DNA of 64,000 nucleotides from Takakia lepidozioides (GCA_030704615.1 CM060734.1:52328001-52392000), one strand, 5' to 3'. Shown: positions 37,488-54,326, counted from the first letter of the stretch. Notes: generated from the letters alone by a model not told the origin. Translations and numbers: made by a program.

Positions 37488-40400
37488 CTAATGAAGAGCT
37501 ATCCATCTCTCAACGTATCCATAGCAGAGGAAGCACTGAGTATTATTGTGGTTGCACTGTCGCAGGCCGTCTTTGCAAACTGTGCATAAGGCATGATGAC
37601 CACACGGAAGCGCCACCCACAAGGCTTGCCTTTCCCAGCACAGCCCACATATTCCTCGTGCAGAATAACCTTGCACTGGTGGAAATCCACTCCGAGTCCC
37701 ATATTGAGATAGGAAACCTGCAGGAATATCCTGCATGGATGCAAAATGAAGATGTTGAAAAGTAGCATCTTAAAAATGACATAGCCGAACAGCTTTTTCA
37801 GGAGAGGGACAACTATCGCACATAAAGCAAGGCCGCTGAGGACTCCAGGCTGATAAGTTGGAGTAAGATGGTCAGGTGCTTGTACCTGATGGTTATAGCC
37901 CTCAGTAGGCCCAATGCCGGGTCCTTTCTGGCTCCACATACTGAAGGAGGGATGCTCTTCTGGGAGAAAACCCGTGAATGGATGACCGAATGCAGTAAAT
38001 GGCTTTGCACTGCTCTGACTGTCTGGAGTTTTTGGTTCTTGATCGATGATGGTTAACCCCAAAGGAGTCTCTCTTCCGCCTTGCATGGTATGTACTGTCC
38101 TCTGCAACTTTTGGCCTTGCGTTTTCCCAATGCAAGGTCCTGGCAAAACCTGATTAGCGTTGTCCGGAGCAGGAGTCCCCGTGAAATTCTGGAAATTCTC
38201 TGATGTGTGGCCACTTTCGTTTTTGCGTAACAATGACAGCAGGTCTGTCAAAAAACCCCACTCTTTGTCTGTGAAATTTGCAGAGCATGTTCCTGATTGA
38301 TGTTGCAAGAGTGACAAGTGAAGTGAATCTGCCAGGCTTGTTCCTGCCTGACCTGAGGGCGACAGGGTTTCAAAACGACCAGCCACCTCATTGGCTGAGG
38401 AGCTTGACCCTGGCCGTTTGGTGGCATCATTGCTTGATTCCACAAGGCTAGGATCCACAGCAGTACTAGTGGTAAGCTTAGGAGGAGTGGAGGCTGGTGC
38501 AGCAGGCAGTGAAGATGAACCTGTCATGCCACTTGCACCTTTGCATGCTACAGCAGCATAAGAACGTGTTGCATCCACCAGAGAGGTGCCTGCCATATAA
38601 GGTCCATAAGTCATGGAAGGATGCACTGTGTTTGATTGTGCCTGTGCGCCCTGTGCTCTCGAAGACTCTGCTTGTTCAGGAGCTCCGGTCCGAAGAACCG
38701 AAGGGGTAGAACTTACAGAAGGACTGTTGCGAGAGGTGGAAACTGGCGCAGCAGGCAATGAAGATGATTTTGTCATGTCACTTGCACCTTGGCAGGCCAC
38801 AGCAGCATAAGATCGTGTACCATCTACTAAGGATCGGCCTGTCATGTAAGGCCCAGTGGTCCTTCCCTGACCATGCACCATTGCTGTAGGAGTGGAGCGG
38901 GCCATTGCTGGAAGGAGTACCATATGGGTTGCTGGACCCCTCCCTACAGGTACAATTTTCATCCTGCATAGTTCAGGAAACGAACGAATAAAATCGCTGA
39001 GCTTCTCATAACCAAGGACCATGTGATCGAGCTCCAACCCACATGTTGCTCTGAAGTCTCCTTTCAGAGAAGATAGTGGGTACCATTCTCCTTCCTTCAG
39101 CCGCATAGACACCCCAGCCAAAAAACTTGGGAGCCACTGCCTGAACTTCATCAACCAGGAAGGAAGTGATGCTGGGTTGCTGCTGATGTATGAGGTCCGT
39201 CCCACAGCCGAAGAATGTGAATCAGGGAGAGTTGCTTCTGTAGCTGAAATAAACTTGTTGGCATGAGGGGAATTTTCCTCTGCAGCAACCTGTTGGCATT
39301 CCAGTAGCTTTATCCAATGTGCTTGTTGGATGTCTGTCTTTGTTTGCAAAAGAGATCCCAGTGAAGAGAGTTCAAGGAACTCTTTATCATCCATCTCTGA
39401 TATTTTGTTTGTAGAAGTTGCTGAGTGCTCTTCCCCAGGATTACTTTCAGCTCTTGAAGTTTCAAGTGTTGAAAGTACAGAACGGGGAACTGCACTTTTG
39501 ATTTCCACCTGTTTTACATGGAAGATAAGTTAGCAACCAAGGGCCTGACAAACTTATACGTCCTGCAGAATTCTACAAAAATCTTAAAAAATCTTAATGA
39601 TGCAGTTCTCCTGCTTAGAATGGCAACTAGAGTTGCAAGAAGGCCTCTTCTTTTGCTACCTTTTTGCCATAGATGTTGATGTAATGAGCCTCAACTGCAG
39701 CAGCAACTGAGTCCGCATGCTTGAAGGTGACAAATCCAAAGCCACGGGACTGAATATGATCCCCTGCCTGACTTCCAATGACAACTGCATCCAGGACTGG
39801 CCCATATTTGTCCTCGAAGAAGTCCCGCAAGTCATCTGTACATTCTTTCCATCACATGTAATGATATAACCACCCTATGTCCATTGTGAAGTTTGCAAGA
39901 GCAAAGGTTCAGCAGCTCGGGCAAACTGAAGATCAAGTGAAGTCTCAGGGCAGTTGGCAGACGAAGTATGGAGCACATAGGTCCTCACATTTGTGTTTGA
40001 TTGAATAACTAGCAAGTGCAGCACTAAATTTGGTGCACCATCCAAGGAGTGACACCAGTAAAGTGGTCAGGCATGGATCTTACCAGATTCCACAGAGGGT
40101 GACAGACCTCCAACAAAGACTTTCTTGCTTAAATCCTCTGTTACACGCTGTATGTTTGAACAACAATGCATGAATTGAGCATCTGCTTCCTGTCTAACCC
40201 GAAGATATCAACATTAAGACTGACTCCCAAATTGGTACACTGTTTCAGCCATTTGCAGCATGACGGTTTCCATGTCTCCAAAGCCAGGAGCTATGGTTTC
40301 GGGATGCATGAATAAGAAGGAAGCACCCAGAGCTTTGGAAAAGATGATCATAGAAGTACATTGGGAGCAGGCATTTCTGGCCGTATCTTTCTTAAATGAT

Positions 40401-40620
40401 TTTGTTTGGCATGCTAAATGGAGTTCCCTTAATGCAGCAAGTGAGGGTACCTTGGTTCCTCCATGTTTCACTATGGGGGCTTGGTGTATGTCTACTGATA
40501 GAACTTTGATCCGCCCAAGATTTTCCTCCGCGTGGGCATAAAAGCACTTTTCTCCTCGAACACATCCTCCCGGCATTGTAAAGTAGCGGCACAGCTCTGT
40601 CTTTGCAGGAACCAGTGATC
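37488..40620 (-). CDS. CCCH zinc finger - RRM - OST-HTH/LOTUS - C3HC4 RING protein (further upstream exons to ~43000 likely but unresolved)
   Basis: KTELCRYF..PGGCVRGEKCFYAH; KVFVGGL (RNP2); RGFGFVTF (RNP1); YPLSSLKGDFRATCGLELDH..LGYEKLSDFIRSFP (LOTUS); CGLC..LPCGHHALC..C...CFLC (RING). Confidence 0.82.
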
Positions 40621-43600
40621 TTGATTTGCCACACAAACAATACTTGAGCGTGATTACAAGCAAAGTAAAATGATCATCCTGATGTCGAAGTCAAAAAGTA
40701 TGACGTACTTCGAACTTCTGACGGGCCCGACTCTCGACTTATCCAAGTAACTTCAACATGGACCAGCATAGCTCCAAGAACTATCGGTTAATCAACTAAC
40801 CGGTCAAAACATCATCGCCGTCGTATTCTAGGATATAGGTACTACGAAAGTATAACTGCTTATGAAGACGATCTGATGCAATGCTATTAGAACTAATGTG
40901 TCCCTAATCGATGGAAATATGGACCAACAGGAGAACAACGAGGAGCATTACACACAGGAAAGTTTGTGGTAAGCGAACGTGACGCTTTTAGAAGAAGAAA
41001 AAACTCAAAGATGGGAAACTAGAAATCCGGAAACAGGAAATCACAACAACTGTAGATCAAAGGATCAATTGAAGGCCTCATGCCTGATCTCCGTATTGGA
41101 ACACCTCTGTATCAGAATAGGAAATAGTATCCCAAAGGAAGAACCTTTCTAATGTCCAAAGACGTTGTTTGCCGTAGCCTTGTGGGCCCACGGGGGAAAA
41201 GAGAGGGAGACAGAGAGGGCTATGCCATCTCTCTTCACTCTCTCTTCACTTCAGAAAAGACCAAAGCACCGTGTAACGCACACATCACAAATTTCTGCTG
41301 TGGATCTCGAAGGCAGGAACTGAAGAAGAATTTTTGAAGAGGTTCTACCAGATTGCATCAAGACTTATCAAGCTAAATACCACAAACCTCTCATCAAAGC
41401 TTTCATGTGCCATTTCATCGTTAAAACCTGGGGGTGAGACAATGCGAACATCTGTTGAGGTCGTTGAACCTCCTATTTTCTGGCACCTGCTTTAATGAGC
41501 ATGATCAAGTTTAGTAACTGAATGGATTGTCATGCATGCATTCTTGCGATCAATTTGCAGATTAAATTATTGCACATCGGCAATGGAGAAAGAAACGCTG
41601 ACTTTGAACGAAGATTGAACGAAGATCACAAGATAGTTTCCGAAAGCACAAACCTCTCATCATGATATGCATGGACCATGTCAGTGCCAGATGGAGATAC
41701 TGTTGTGCTTTTCAAGAACTCAACCTCATTATCACTATCATGCGAAGACTGGCTTGATGGCTGCGTGAGCAAACGTGCTTCTGGCAGGGGCATAACCCTG
41801 TCGGTAAGCTCCAGCTCCCTCAGCTCCCCTGCTAATTGTAAGGAAGCAAGGACGGTCTTTATGAAATGATTCCAATCTCTCATTCATGTTCTCTTGTGGA
41901 AGGCCCCATATATTAGAAGAACAGGCCAAAATCTACAGTAGAAACATATTCACCTGACAATGAGCCTTCGTCGTGAGAAATTGTTGTCTCCTCCGTTTTC
42001 CTGACAGACAGCAATCCAAACAACCTAGATCGCAAAGAAGCCCGAAACCTTTTAAACTAAGGAGTTCAAGCACGAGGCTACGTCGTGAAATTCCTGTAAT
42101 CTCCACTTAAGTACAGTGTGACAACTTGTAAGCGTTCATTTGACAGAAAGCTTGCATAAATTATCTCCCTTGTTTTTCCTGTCTTGCTCTCGTTTGCTGT
42201 TTCACTCTTCGTTCCTTCAAAGCGGGTTGTCTCAAAGTGCATGTATAGAACAGTGTCAGCCAAGGAAGAAATTATCGAGAACTTTAACCAACAATTGTAT
42301 AAATGAAACGATCTTTACGTGTAGTACGTCGATATTACATTTGTGGATGCAGACCTGAGATTCGTGTCTAGTCGACGGCTTGCTCCATATTGTAGAAGAA
42401 ATCGGAAGCAGTCAAGTGATGGCTCCTTTCCTTCTGAGGCCTCCCAAATGGTTAATAGCAGTCAATAGAAGGTACTACCTATCATGTCAAAAAATACTCT
42501 GTTTTTCAAAGAAGACACCGAGCATCAAAACTGCAGAAAGATAATTCATTCATACAAAGCCAGAGGAGAGCGGATCAATGATTATTATTCAAAAAGAAGT
42601 TTTGACAACTTCTGTGCTGATCTCTAGCCCTCTCTTCAGCTCTCTCTCTCTTTCTTCAGTGGAATGGTTAGAAATCATGAGGGAAAGTGATAAGGAACCT
42701 CCAAGCGAGTGTTCCACGGCATAGTCATGGATAAAAGTGGACAGAAGCTCCAGGACCTGCGACAGGAGAGATATCCCAAGGAATCTGAGGCCTAATCACA
42801 ATGCAGGTCTTTATTCATCCCGATGATATACTTTCTAACACGCGCACTAGCAGCCTTGATTAATCTTCAACTTGCAAATTTCCACCAAGAAGCTCACTCG
42901 GGACAACATCACCTGCGAGATGCTATCTAGGAAGAAAGCTACAAAATACTTGTCAACCTGGGGATCCTCAGCTTGCACTGACTGCTGGTCCGCCATGCTC
43001 CGTCTCCCTCACACCGATCGGACACCGGAGAACGGAGAATGTCGACGTGCGAAGTCGAAAGCTTTCGGAACGCAGCAAGCTCTCTCCTATGTACCGACGA
43101 AGAAAACTCACCGATTACCATCCACTTTCATCCACATTGTCTGAAGCTATGGATGTCTATCCATCTATTTTCTGTAGTTTATCATCCAGAAGAGCGCTCG
43201 AGAGAGTCACGGTCCAGTCTACGTCGAAGTGTTTCGGGAAAATGTTGGCCACTGTGAAAGCCTCTTGAGCTCACGATTGATCAAGGGTTTTCAGAGGGTC
43301 AGGAACCTCATTGATTGATTCTTGCGCCTGCATCGATATCCTATTTCTCAGATGGAGTTACTGATGCTTACTGCATGTTTACGACAGCCATTTTGCATGT
43401 TAGGAGTTCTGATGCAGTGATCACGGTCCCTTATTCAACGGGGATCATCGCTACTAAACTGAAGAAGATAATCTGGATGGTCCTCGGGTGGCCATGACCA
43501 TAGCGTCCACCTACTATAAGAACAGTCAAGAAATGACAGTACAGAGATTTACGCTGTAAGTGGCTCCTAAACTTCCTGGCATGTTATTTTCTCAGTGTAC

Positions 43601-44256
43601 ATTAAGTATGAACGTATAAGATTGCGTGCTGGGTCTCCCCGTAGATTATTCCTTTCAGAACACATGTCCAAGTCCGATTCAAATCTTGACAAGAATCACA
43701 TTTGAATTCCTTTGAGGTGTTCGGTATGACCGAGCACATCAGCACACAGTGCAGAATCTAGATGCTGATCAATATACACCACTTTATTCAGTTTATGGTC
43801 TCACACGTGTTCGTAGGCCCCGGGAAAAATCCATTATATGTCCATACTTGCTGTCAGAACGCCATTTTTTGAGCCCTCTGTAACTAACACATTGTCCCAA
43901 ATGATTCTGAGAACCTGATCGGGCAGTTGATTTCCCCTCCACTGCCTGCCCAGCCGTGAAGCCCTGCATCCAAGGCATCAATCTTAAATGTAAACAATCG
44001 GTATTGAAAGTACAGTATCCACACTGCTATTAGTACACACCCTGGGAGTCTACAGAGAGACTTTGTGAGGGCATCTCTTTTTCACTGTGCTCACACAAGT
44101 TCAGTACAGGCTAATGCCCGGATAATGAGAGCTACTGTTATCAAAACAAGTGCTATGGGCTAGAAGATCGCATCTGCAAGCTATCCTCCAAAATGACGAG
44201 CAATGCTCGTGCGGGTGAACCTGGGGTGAAAGTTGAGATATAATGTATTCTCACCT

Positions 44257-44664
44257 TCAGAAGGGTGGCCATACAGTGACGAATTGGCCATTGACAAAGA
44301 TGTCCCTCGCATAAATGTCCCACATGCAGTGATGGCATCTAGGAAAGCGGGAGTCGTAGCCCCAACCTACCCATACCACCAAGTGCAGTAAGCCGCGGTT
44401 CAAGGCAGTGAAGTCACATGAAAACTCGGTTCTCCCAAGCCAATTATCATGGAACGCGAAGCCCCACACTTTCCCTGGAGGGATAGTTTGCCAGTACAGA
44501 TCGTTATTTTTCGACTGGCAGTGCACATGGAGTGGAGTCGGAGGATCAGTCATATGGTTGGTTATGTTGACCCAAGCCATGCCTTCGGCCTGTCCCACCA
44601 TCATCAACATGAAGCTCACCGTGCACACAACGCACAGCAGGGTGTTCAGCTTAACCCCTGCCAT
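44257..44664 (-). CDS. S-protein homolog (plant self-incompatibility S1 / SPH family) secreted protein, intronless
   Basis: Signal peptide, then VNITN..LHVHCQSKNNDL...WGFAF..NWLGRTEFSCDF...CHHCMW. Confidence 0.88.
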   Translation of the reverse strand: MAGVKLNTLLCVVCTVSFMLMMVGQAEGMAWVNITNHMTDPPTPLHVHCQSKNNDLYWQTIPPGKVWGFAFHDNWLGRTEFSCDFTALNRGLLHLVVWVGWGYDSRFPRCHHCMWDIYARDIFVNGQFVTVWPPF

Positions 44665-44994
44665 CGCAGCCTTCTCTTCTAGACTTGAGCACACAGCTGG
44701 TCAGACGACAGTGGAAGAAAACAAATCTCGCTCTCGAATGGTAGAGCTGTAGCTTCCTGCAAGATTTGAAGAAGAGGCGAACCTGTTTGCTTATAAGCAT
44801 AGACATCTCAACCTATACAAGGCCCCACAAACAATCAATGGCACCCCACACATCAAGGCATGGCAGCCACATTCAGGGGTGGCGCTGTCGTCCCTTCCAC
44901 AAAATAGCAAGCGATTATCATGGAGGTGTTGTGCTCCACTGCGGTCGCTAGTCACTCCCTCACTTTTTCTGGCCCAAGAGGATATACCATCCTC

Positions 44995-45211
44995 CGTTAG
45001 AATGATCTGCATGCATTCAGAATACTTTGTTAGGGAGATCCACAGGCATCTTCTGCTGTCACATCTCTGTAAAATATCTCTCAAATATCTGATGCCCAGA
45101 TATACCAGCTTCTGTTAGAATAATCTGCATGCATTCAGAATACTTTGTTAAGAGAGATCTGCTGTCACATCTCTGTAAAATATCTCTCAAATATCTGATG
45201 CCCAGATATAC
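44995..45211. repeat. Tandem duplication (~110 bp) upstream of the SPH gene
   Basis: gttagaat.atctgcatgcattcagaatactttgtta...tctgatgcccagatatac occurs twice. Confidence 0.85.
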
Positions 45212-46149
45212 ATCCAATCCGATCCCATTCTCTCCATTGCAGACAACCAGATTTCGTATACATCTGTGAAACTAAGAATCTTCATGACACATCATACTGG
45301 CTGTGCGAATGTGTGAAGTGTGAACATTCTACCTTCAGATAACTTCCAAGAGTTTTTCATTACAAAGCTCCAAGACATGTTGATTGGATATATAGCATTC
45401 TTAGCAAAGGGGTGTTTCCTTTGGTCATAGTAATACAGGTGGTTCTACCTGCCCAATTCTTCTTAATCAAAGCCTCTTCAAGTCTAGAGCATGAGATGTT
45501 CAAGGGCAAAGAACCAGTGAATCTCATGAATGAAGCTCACGAATGTATGGCAAAGCCCCATTAAGGACAGATTTGAGGCAGCAAGGTATTGTTACAAAAC
45601 CAATTGCCTAGAACAGAAGAGAGGCAAGAAACATAGCACGTATTCATCCATATTCATCCATAGTAACCCGTGTTACAGGGAAAAAATAATGAGTTCTTGC
45701 TTGGGTGCCAACATAATTGCATACATAGCTTCTCACAAATTTGCAGACAATCACAGTAAGACCCATGCCAATTGCAGACCCCGGCTATCACCCACTTCAG
45801 CTCTGCATCGCGTAGAGAGCGCTATTATACACCCGGCAGTGAGAGCCGAGACAGCCTTGATTCTAAAGATCCTATCTGTAAAACAGGGCCAAAAGTCAAT
45901 GTCTACTAGAGAGGGATGGTAAAAAGAGCAAAACTGGGTAGCCTACACACCATAGAGGCGTACAGGAACCCAACAAAAATATAGCAGATTGTTGCGTAAC
46001 TAAGATGCAAGCTCCTCCTTAATCCCATGCACTACATCCACCGCAGTATCCATCGTAGCTGCCTGAACCACCAGACCCGCCACCAATACCACCAGAACCA
46101 CATAGGTGTACAGGATCTCAACAAAAATATAGCAGGTTGTTGTGCAAGC

Positions 46150-49794
<3,645 letters not shown>

Positions 49795-50418
49795 CTCTCA
49801 ACCTCTCAACCTCTTCACAAACCCTCTCTCTCTCTCTCTCTCCCACTCAAAACAACAGAACAAGCCAAGCCAAAGAACCGTGCAGCTAATTACATCAAAC
49901 CATTTCTCGCAAACCCTAGTCTCTTCCTCTCAACAACCCTCGTCTCTCTCTGCTCGTCTCTCCGCCTGCAAGCTGCACCTGCTGGCTTGTCATTCACCAC
50001 GCCCCCTTCATACGCAAAGCTTGGCCGTGTCGGCTACAGCCATGGCCCGGAGCAACGTAAGCAGCTGCCTCTCGAGTGCCGAGTAGGGCACCAACTCCCC
50101 ACCCTAACCTTAGCCCTAACGCTGCCTCCTCGCCCCTCTTCCCTTCTCTCGCCCGCCACCCTGCCGCACTCCTAACCCAAATAACTCACGAAACAACCCC
50201 TATATAGGTACATATTGCAGCCTCCAAAATAACGCGCTCTTCATTCATCCTGCTCTCTATTAAAGTCAAATAGGGTGCCGTCCCGTTCCCTTTGACTTCG
50301 AAAATAAAACAAATCCTGCTGTCATCCATCCTGCCTTCATCCCTCGCCCATTGCGGCCGTCTTCTTGCCTTATGGCCCTCTCAGGGGTCTCTTTAAAGGG
50401 AAAAAAAAAGCTAGAGTA

Positions 50419-50640
50419 CAACCAGCAGGCTGGTAGCTCAGGTTGATGGTCCGCTGGACGCCATCCCGGCGGTCCTAGGTTCAAATTCAGAGTTATGGGG
50501 GTGTGCTTGTCGCGGTCGGTGAGAGGATATTTTCTGGTCCCACTTGAGCATGCATGTGATCCTGGGTTCAAATCTATTCTCCAACCTGCCGGACACTGGG
50601 GTGTGATATATATGTGTGGCTGGTTGTTGCCAAAAAAAAG
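50419..50640 (+). mobile_element. tRNA-derived SINE-like element
   Basis: A-box-like tagctcaggttgatgg, B-box ggttcaaattc (~50478), a second B-box ggttcaaatct (~50565) and an A-run at the 3' end. No complete cloverleaf. Confidence 0.55.
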
Positions 50641-51570
50641 AGAAACAAAGAAAGAGAAAAAGATTTGGCGATGATAGACTTCCACGGTAAAAGGCAGACC
50701 GGGCTTTTACCTTTTTGCTTTATTACGCTACCCTTTTGGGATCAACGGTCGGTCGTCTCCCTGACAGTATATTACCCTATTCAGGAAATGGGTGGCCCGG
50801 AGGAGGAGCGGGTGGGTGGCGGGGGGATAGGGCAGATGGTCGGCGTGGCGCAGCGCGGCCCGCAGGCTGGGACCACACTTGCGTTGCTGCCCTAGCAAAT
50901 GTTGCGTGGGGGTACTAGCAGCTGGCTGGGTGGAGGGAACGCGTTTGACAACCTCGCTGCTTCCCGCCTGCCTGCTTCACCGGCTGTCAGCTATGGAGCT
51001 TTAGATTTGGCCCTGCCTGGAGCTCTGGACACAGTTTTGCTCTTGCCTCGGTTGCCTGGAGGGAAATCGTGTTGGGGATAGCTCAGAGCAAATCTGCCGG
51101 TGGGTCTTGGCTGGTTTTGAAACAAGGATAGACAGGCTTTGGTGTAAAGATTGGCGGAGCTGCTAAAGCCTAATGCAAGTGCTCGGTGGTGTCGAGTAGA
51201 AGATAAGCGCTGTTGAGTAGTGTTTCTGGGTGGAAATTTGGTTCTGACTCACTCGGCTACTCTGGTCGTGTGGGATGATCGCTACACACTCCCGTGCTTT
51301 CGTCTGCTTCCCTCTCTCCTGTGTATCGCACTCAGTCCATACTTGTAGAATTTGCTTCTTGGGATGCTCTCCATACACCTGGAAACGCATGTACTGAAGT
51401 TAATGATTCTGCTTTGTTTGGGTCCTGTTGCTGAGTCGTGGTTCTGTCTTCCCAACTTTGCTTGTTAGTAGTTAGCGTGCTGCCTGGTTTTTTGAGAGTA
51501 CAAGTCGTTATTGGGTTTTTTCTTCTCAATTGGTGGGTTTGCCTTGTACGCTCTTGAGAACACCTAGTTT

Positions 51571-52077
51571 ATGCAAGTTGGGGCTTCCATGCCGCGCCCT
51601 AAAACTCCCTCGGCCGCTCCCCCTGGAATCCGTACTCCCCAAAAGATCTTTATTGTCCAGCGAGAAGTCGTTGACAGAGAATCTGAGTGCATTGTCAACA
51701 CGCATTTCGACAGTGCCTACACTTGTGAACACCAAGCCTATGCAGCTGCTTTCCGGAAGCAGATTGCTGAGATCCGGCATGTCTATGATGACATGGATGT
51801 GTTTTACAACCTGTTGAAAGAGACCAAGTCGCTCAAGGAGCTCTTGAAGAAAGTTATAAGATGGATGCGGGAGGATTTGTTAGATGAGTCTATGTATGAG
51901 GAGTTCAATGTCAGAGAGCGGCTGCTTGTGCATTCTGAAAAGACAGGGGAAAACGAGCTATTGGAGGAGCTTAAGGCTTCCTACTGTTCTGTAAATGACG
52001 AGGAAGAGGAAGACGACGATGATGAAGAGGAGGAGGAGGAGAAAAAACCCAGAGGCTCTAAGCGAAGGCGCAACTAA
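51571..52077 (+). CDS. Hypothetical protein, 168 aa, with an acidic tail and C-terminal basic NLS
   Basis: Open intronless ORF with protein-like composition, a D/E run and KKPRGSKRRRN. Family not recognised. Confidence 0.6.
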   Translation: MQVGASMPRPKTPSAAPPGIRTPQKIFIVQREVVDRESECIVNTHFDSAYTCEHQAYAAAFRKQIAEIRHVYDDMDVFYNLLKETKSLKELLKKVIRWMREDLLDESMYEEFNVRERLLVHSEKTGENELLEELKASYCSVNDEEEEDDDDEEEEEEKKPRGSKRRRN

Positions 52078-53064
52078 GGTAGTTCGGTGCTGCAGAGAGG
52101 TGATCTGTACAGTTGCTGCTGAATCTGAGGGAGCTGTTTAGCACGAGGTCCGTAATCAGATCCCGTGTATTGGTAACCAGTCGCCAAAGCTACTGAACCT
52201 GAGCCCTCGTCAGATGTGGCAATTGTCTCCTGAAAGTGTTGAAACTCATAGAAGTTCCAGAAGTTTTTTCTGCCGCATCAAGACCAATTATGCCGTTTTG
52301 GTGTTGGTCAGCTTTCACCGCCTGGAGAGCCTTGTCAACCACTGCCACAAATTGAACGTGGTCAGTGAAGACTACTTCTGTGGGATTTTTTGCAAGGGCA
52401 CATTTTTAGAGTGCCATACCAGCGATGCAACTTTATACTTAGAATCCACCTCCTGTATAGCAGGCACAGGGTGTGTTCTTCTAACCAATGTGCAAAGAAC
52501 TGGACAAAGAGTTGCAGTGGTAAACTATATTATCTGCTCGTCTCACCAAGTTTTGAATTGGCCAAGCAATCACCACATTCCAAATTCTGTAACATGACTT
52601 TCATCAGGGTCGTTGCTGTGGTTCTCTGAGGAGCCTTCTTGGAGTGGCAGTGTAAGTGGCAGAAAGTTTTTCTTGGTTGTATTGAGTTAGATGTGTCTGT
52701 GTAGCCCACTGTCGAATGCAGAACTTGTCAGGGGCAGGTGATCTGGTTCTGAAGCCCTTTGAGTTGTAAGTTTATGTTGTGCAATGATGCCGGATATGGC
52801 TTGAAATCCTAGGGTAGGATCTCGTGATTGCGCAACTCTGGTTATGAGAAGTCTCTTTCGGATTTATTGCCAGGGTTTTCATGTATGGCAATTTAGGTAA
52901 GAATTGACCACCTTGTGGTAGGTTGTGTGTTTCATGGTCACATCTCTGGTGACTGAGCAAAGATGATTGTTTGCAGACAAGATAGAATGATGGAAAACCG
53001 AAGTAACTTTTCAACGAACCCTCTAGAAACTAGGGAGTCCATTGGCATGATAAATGCATTAGTG

Positions 53065-53755
53065 TCTGACACTGTGCGAATACCTTCCAGGTGGTGCATG
53101 ATCTTGTTACACTGTTGATCATTTACCACTAAAACTGCAAAGGTGTTTGCATGGAAGCAGTGGCCTGTTGCCTCCAAAAAATGAAACTGGCAAGCAGAAC
53201 CACCCCATAAGGCCACCATCAGCAGCATGGTGATCTATTTTCCTGCACCAGAATATGTAGACTTACAGTACAGGTTAACTGAACTCTGAACGAAACAAAC
53301 GGTCCACTCTACTCTTGAAGGAATCCTTGGTGCCTTCGGGATTGCAGATCTCAACAGGTTTGCAGATAAGAGGTGGTGAAGCAGAGAGCTGCCTTCTTGT
53401 GTAAGCTTACAAGCTCAAGGCAGACTGAGTTCGGTCACATAGAGAGACATGAAATTTGAGAATGCAGAATTGTCATGTCAGCTGATAGCCTCATATCACC
53501 TGCAGACGATGCCACCAGTTTTGGTTGCTCCAGCCCTGCTGCACTGCGCTCGGTAGGTGGGCATTGGCATCTCGGACACTGCTGTGGTGGAGACAATACC
53601 TTCCAGGTTGTGCATGATCATTTACCACTAAAACTGCAAAGGTGTTTGCATGGAAGCAGTGGCCTGTTGCCTCCAAAACATGAAACTGGCAAGCAGACCC
53701 ACCCCATAAGGCCGCCATCAGCAGCATGGTGATCTATTTTCCTGCACCAGAATAT
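53065..53755. repeat. Dispersed ~190-bp duplication (53065-53257 and 53575-53755)
   Basis: atcatttaccactaaaactgcaaaggtgtttgcatggaagcag...cctgcaccagaatatg occurs twice. Confidence 0.85.
53496..53570 (-). pseudogene. Orphan C-terminal fragment of a root-cap/LEA-type gene
   Basis: Translates MPTYRAQCSRAGATKTGGIVCR*, paralogous to MPTYRSECSSTGVTK in the adjacent gene. Confidence 0.7.
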
Positions 53756-54326
53756 GAAAACTCTGGGGACAAGTGGCTTACAGTCTCTGATAGTTAACTA
53801 CAGACACTAATAGCAAGATTTCTAACGATAAAGCCTTATTTTGAATTTCTGTATGCAGCATTGGCTACCTCAGGTTGCAAGAAACACTAGACACAAACGG
53901 AAGAGAAGCACAAACTGCTCTACATTCCTCACATTAATGATCACATACTTGAATCATTTACCCTTACCCTGATTTGGGTAAATGACTTACCCGCACAACA
54001 CTGGTCGCGACGTCGTCTCGCACCTCACGACGTTAGGAGCGTGCGAATGTGCGTGAGCGAGCTTTGCGCTGCTGCCCAATCTTCTAGCTCCATCTACTCC
54101 TGGGTTCAGCTTGAGTGATGTTGGATCCATGGCTTTCCGAAGCGCCACAACTGAGCTCGCAGCGCGCCTGCTTTAGTCTTTCTATCACAAGCTTTTAGCC
54201 CGCTGGTAGAGGTCTCGTAGAGGTTGACGGTGGGCTGTAGGTGGGCTCAAGGTTCGCAAGCTCGAATGTCTAGCTGGGTTAACTTAGTACTCAATATGTT
54301 CTGTAATCGGCCTTCTTCGCGACCAG

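Noticed and set aside
41400-43000. Exact upstream exons of the CCCH-RRM-LOTUS-RING gene
   Set aside because: Several exon-like segments exist, but I could not join them into a consistent frame by eye.
50428-50495. Functional tRNA gene
   Set aside because: The acceptor stem does not close, and the downstream second B-box and A-run fit a SINE-like element better.
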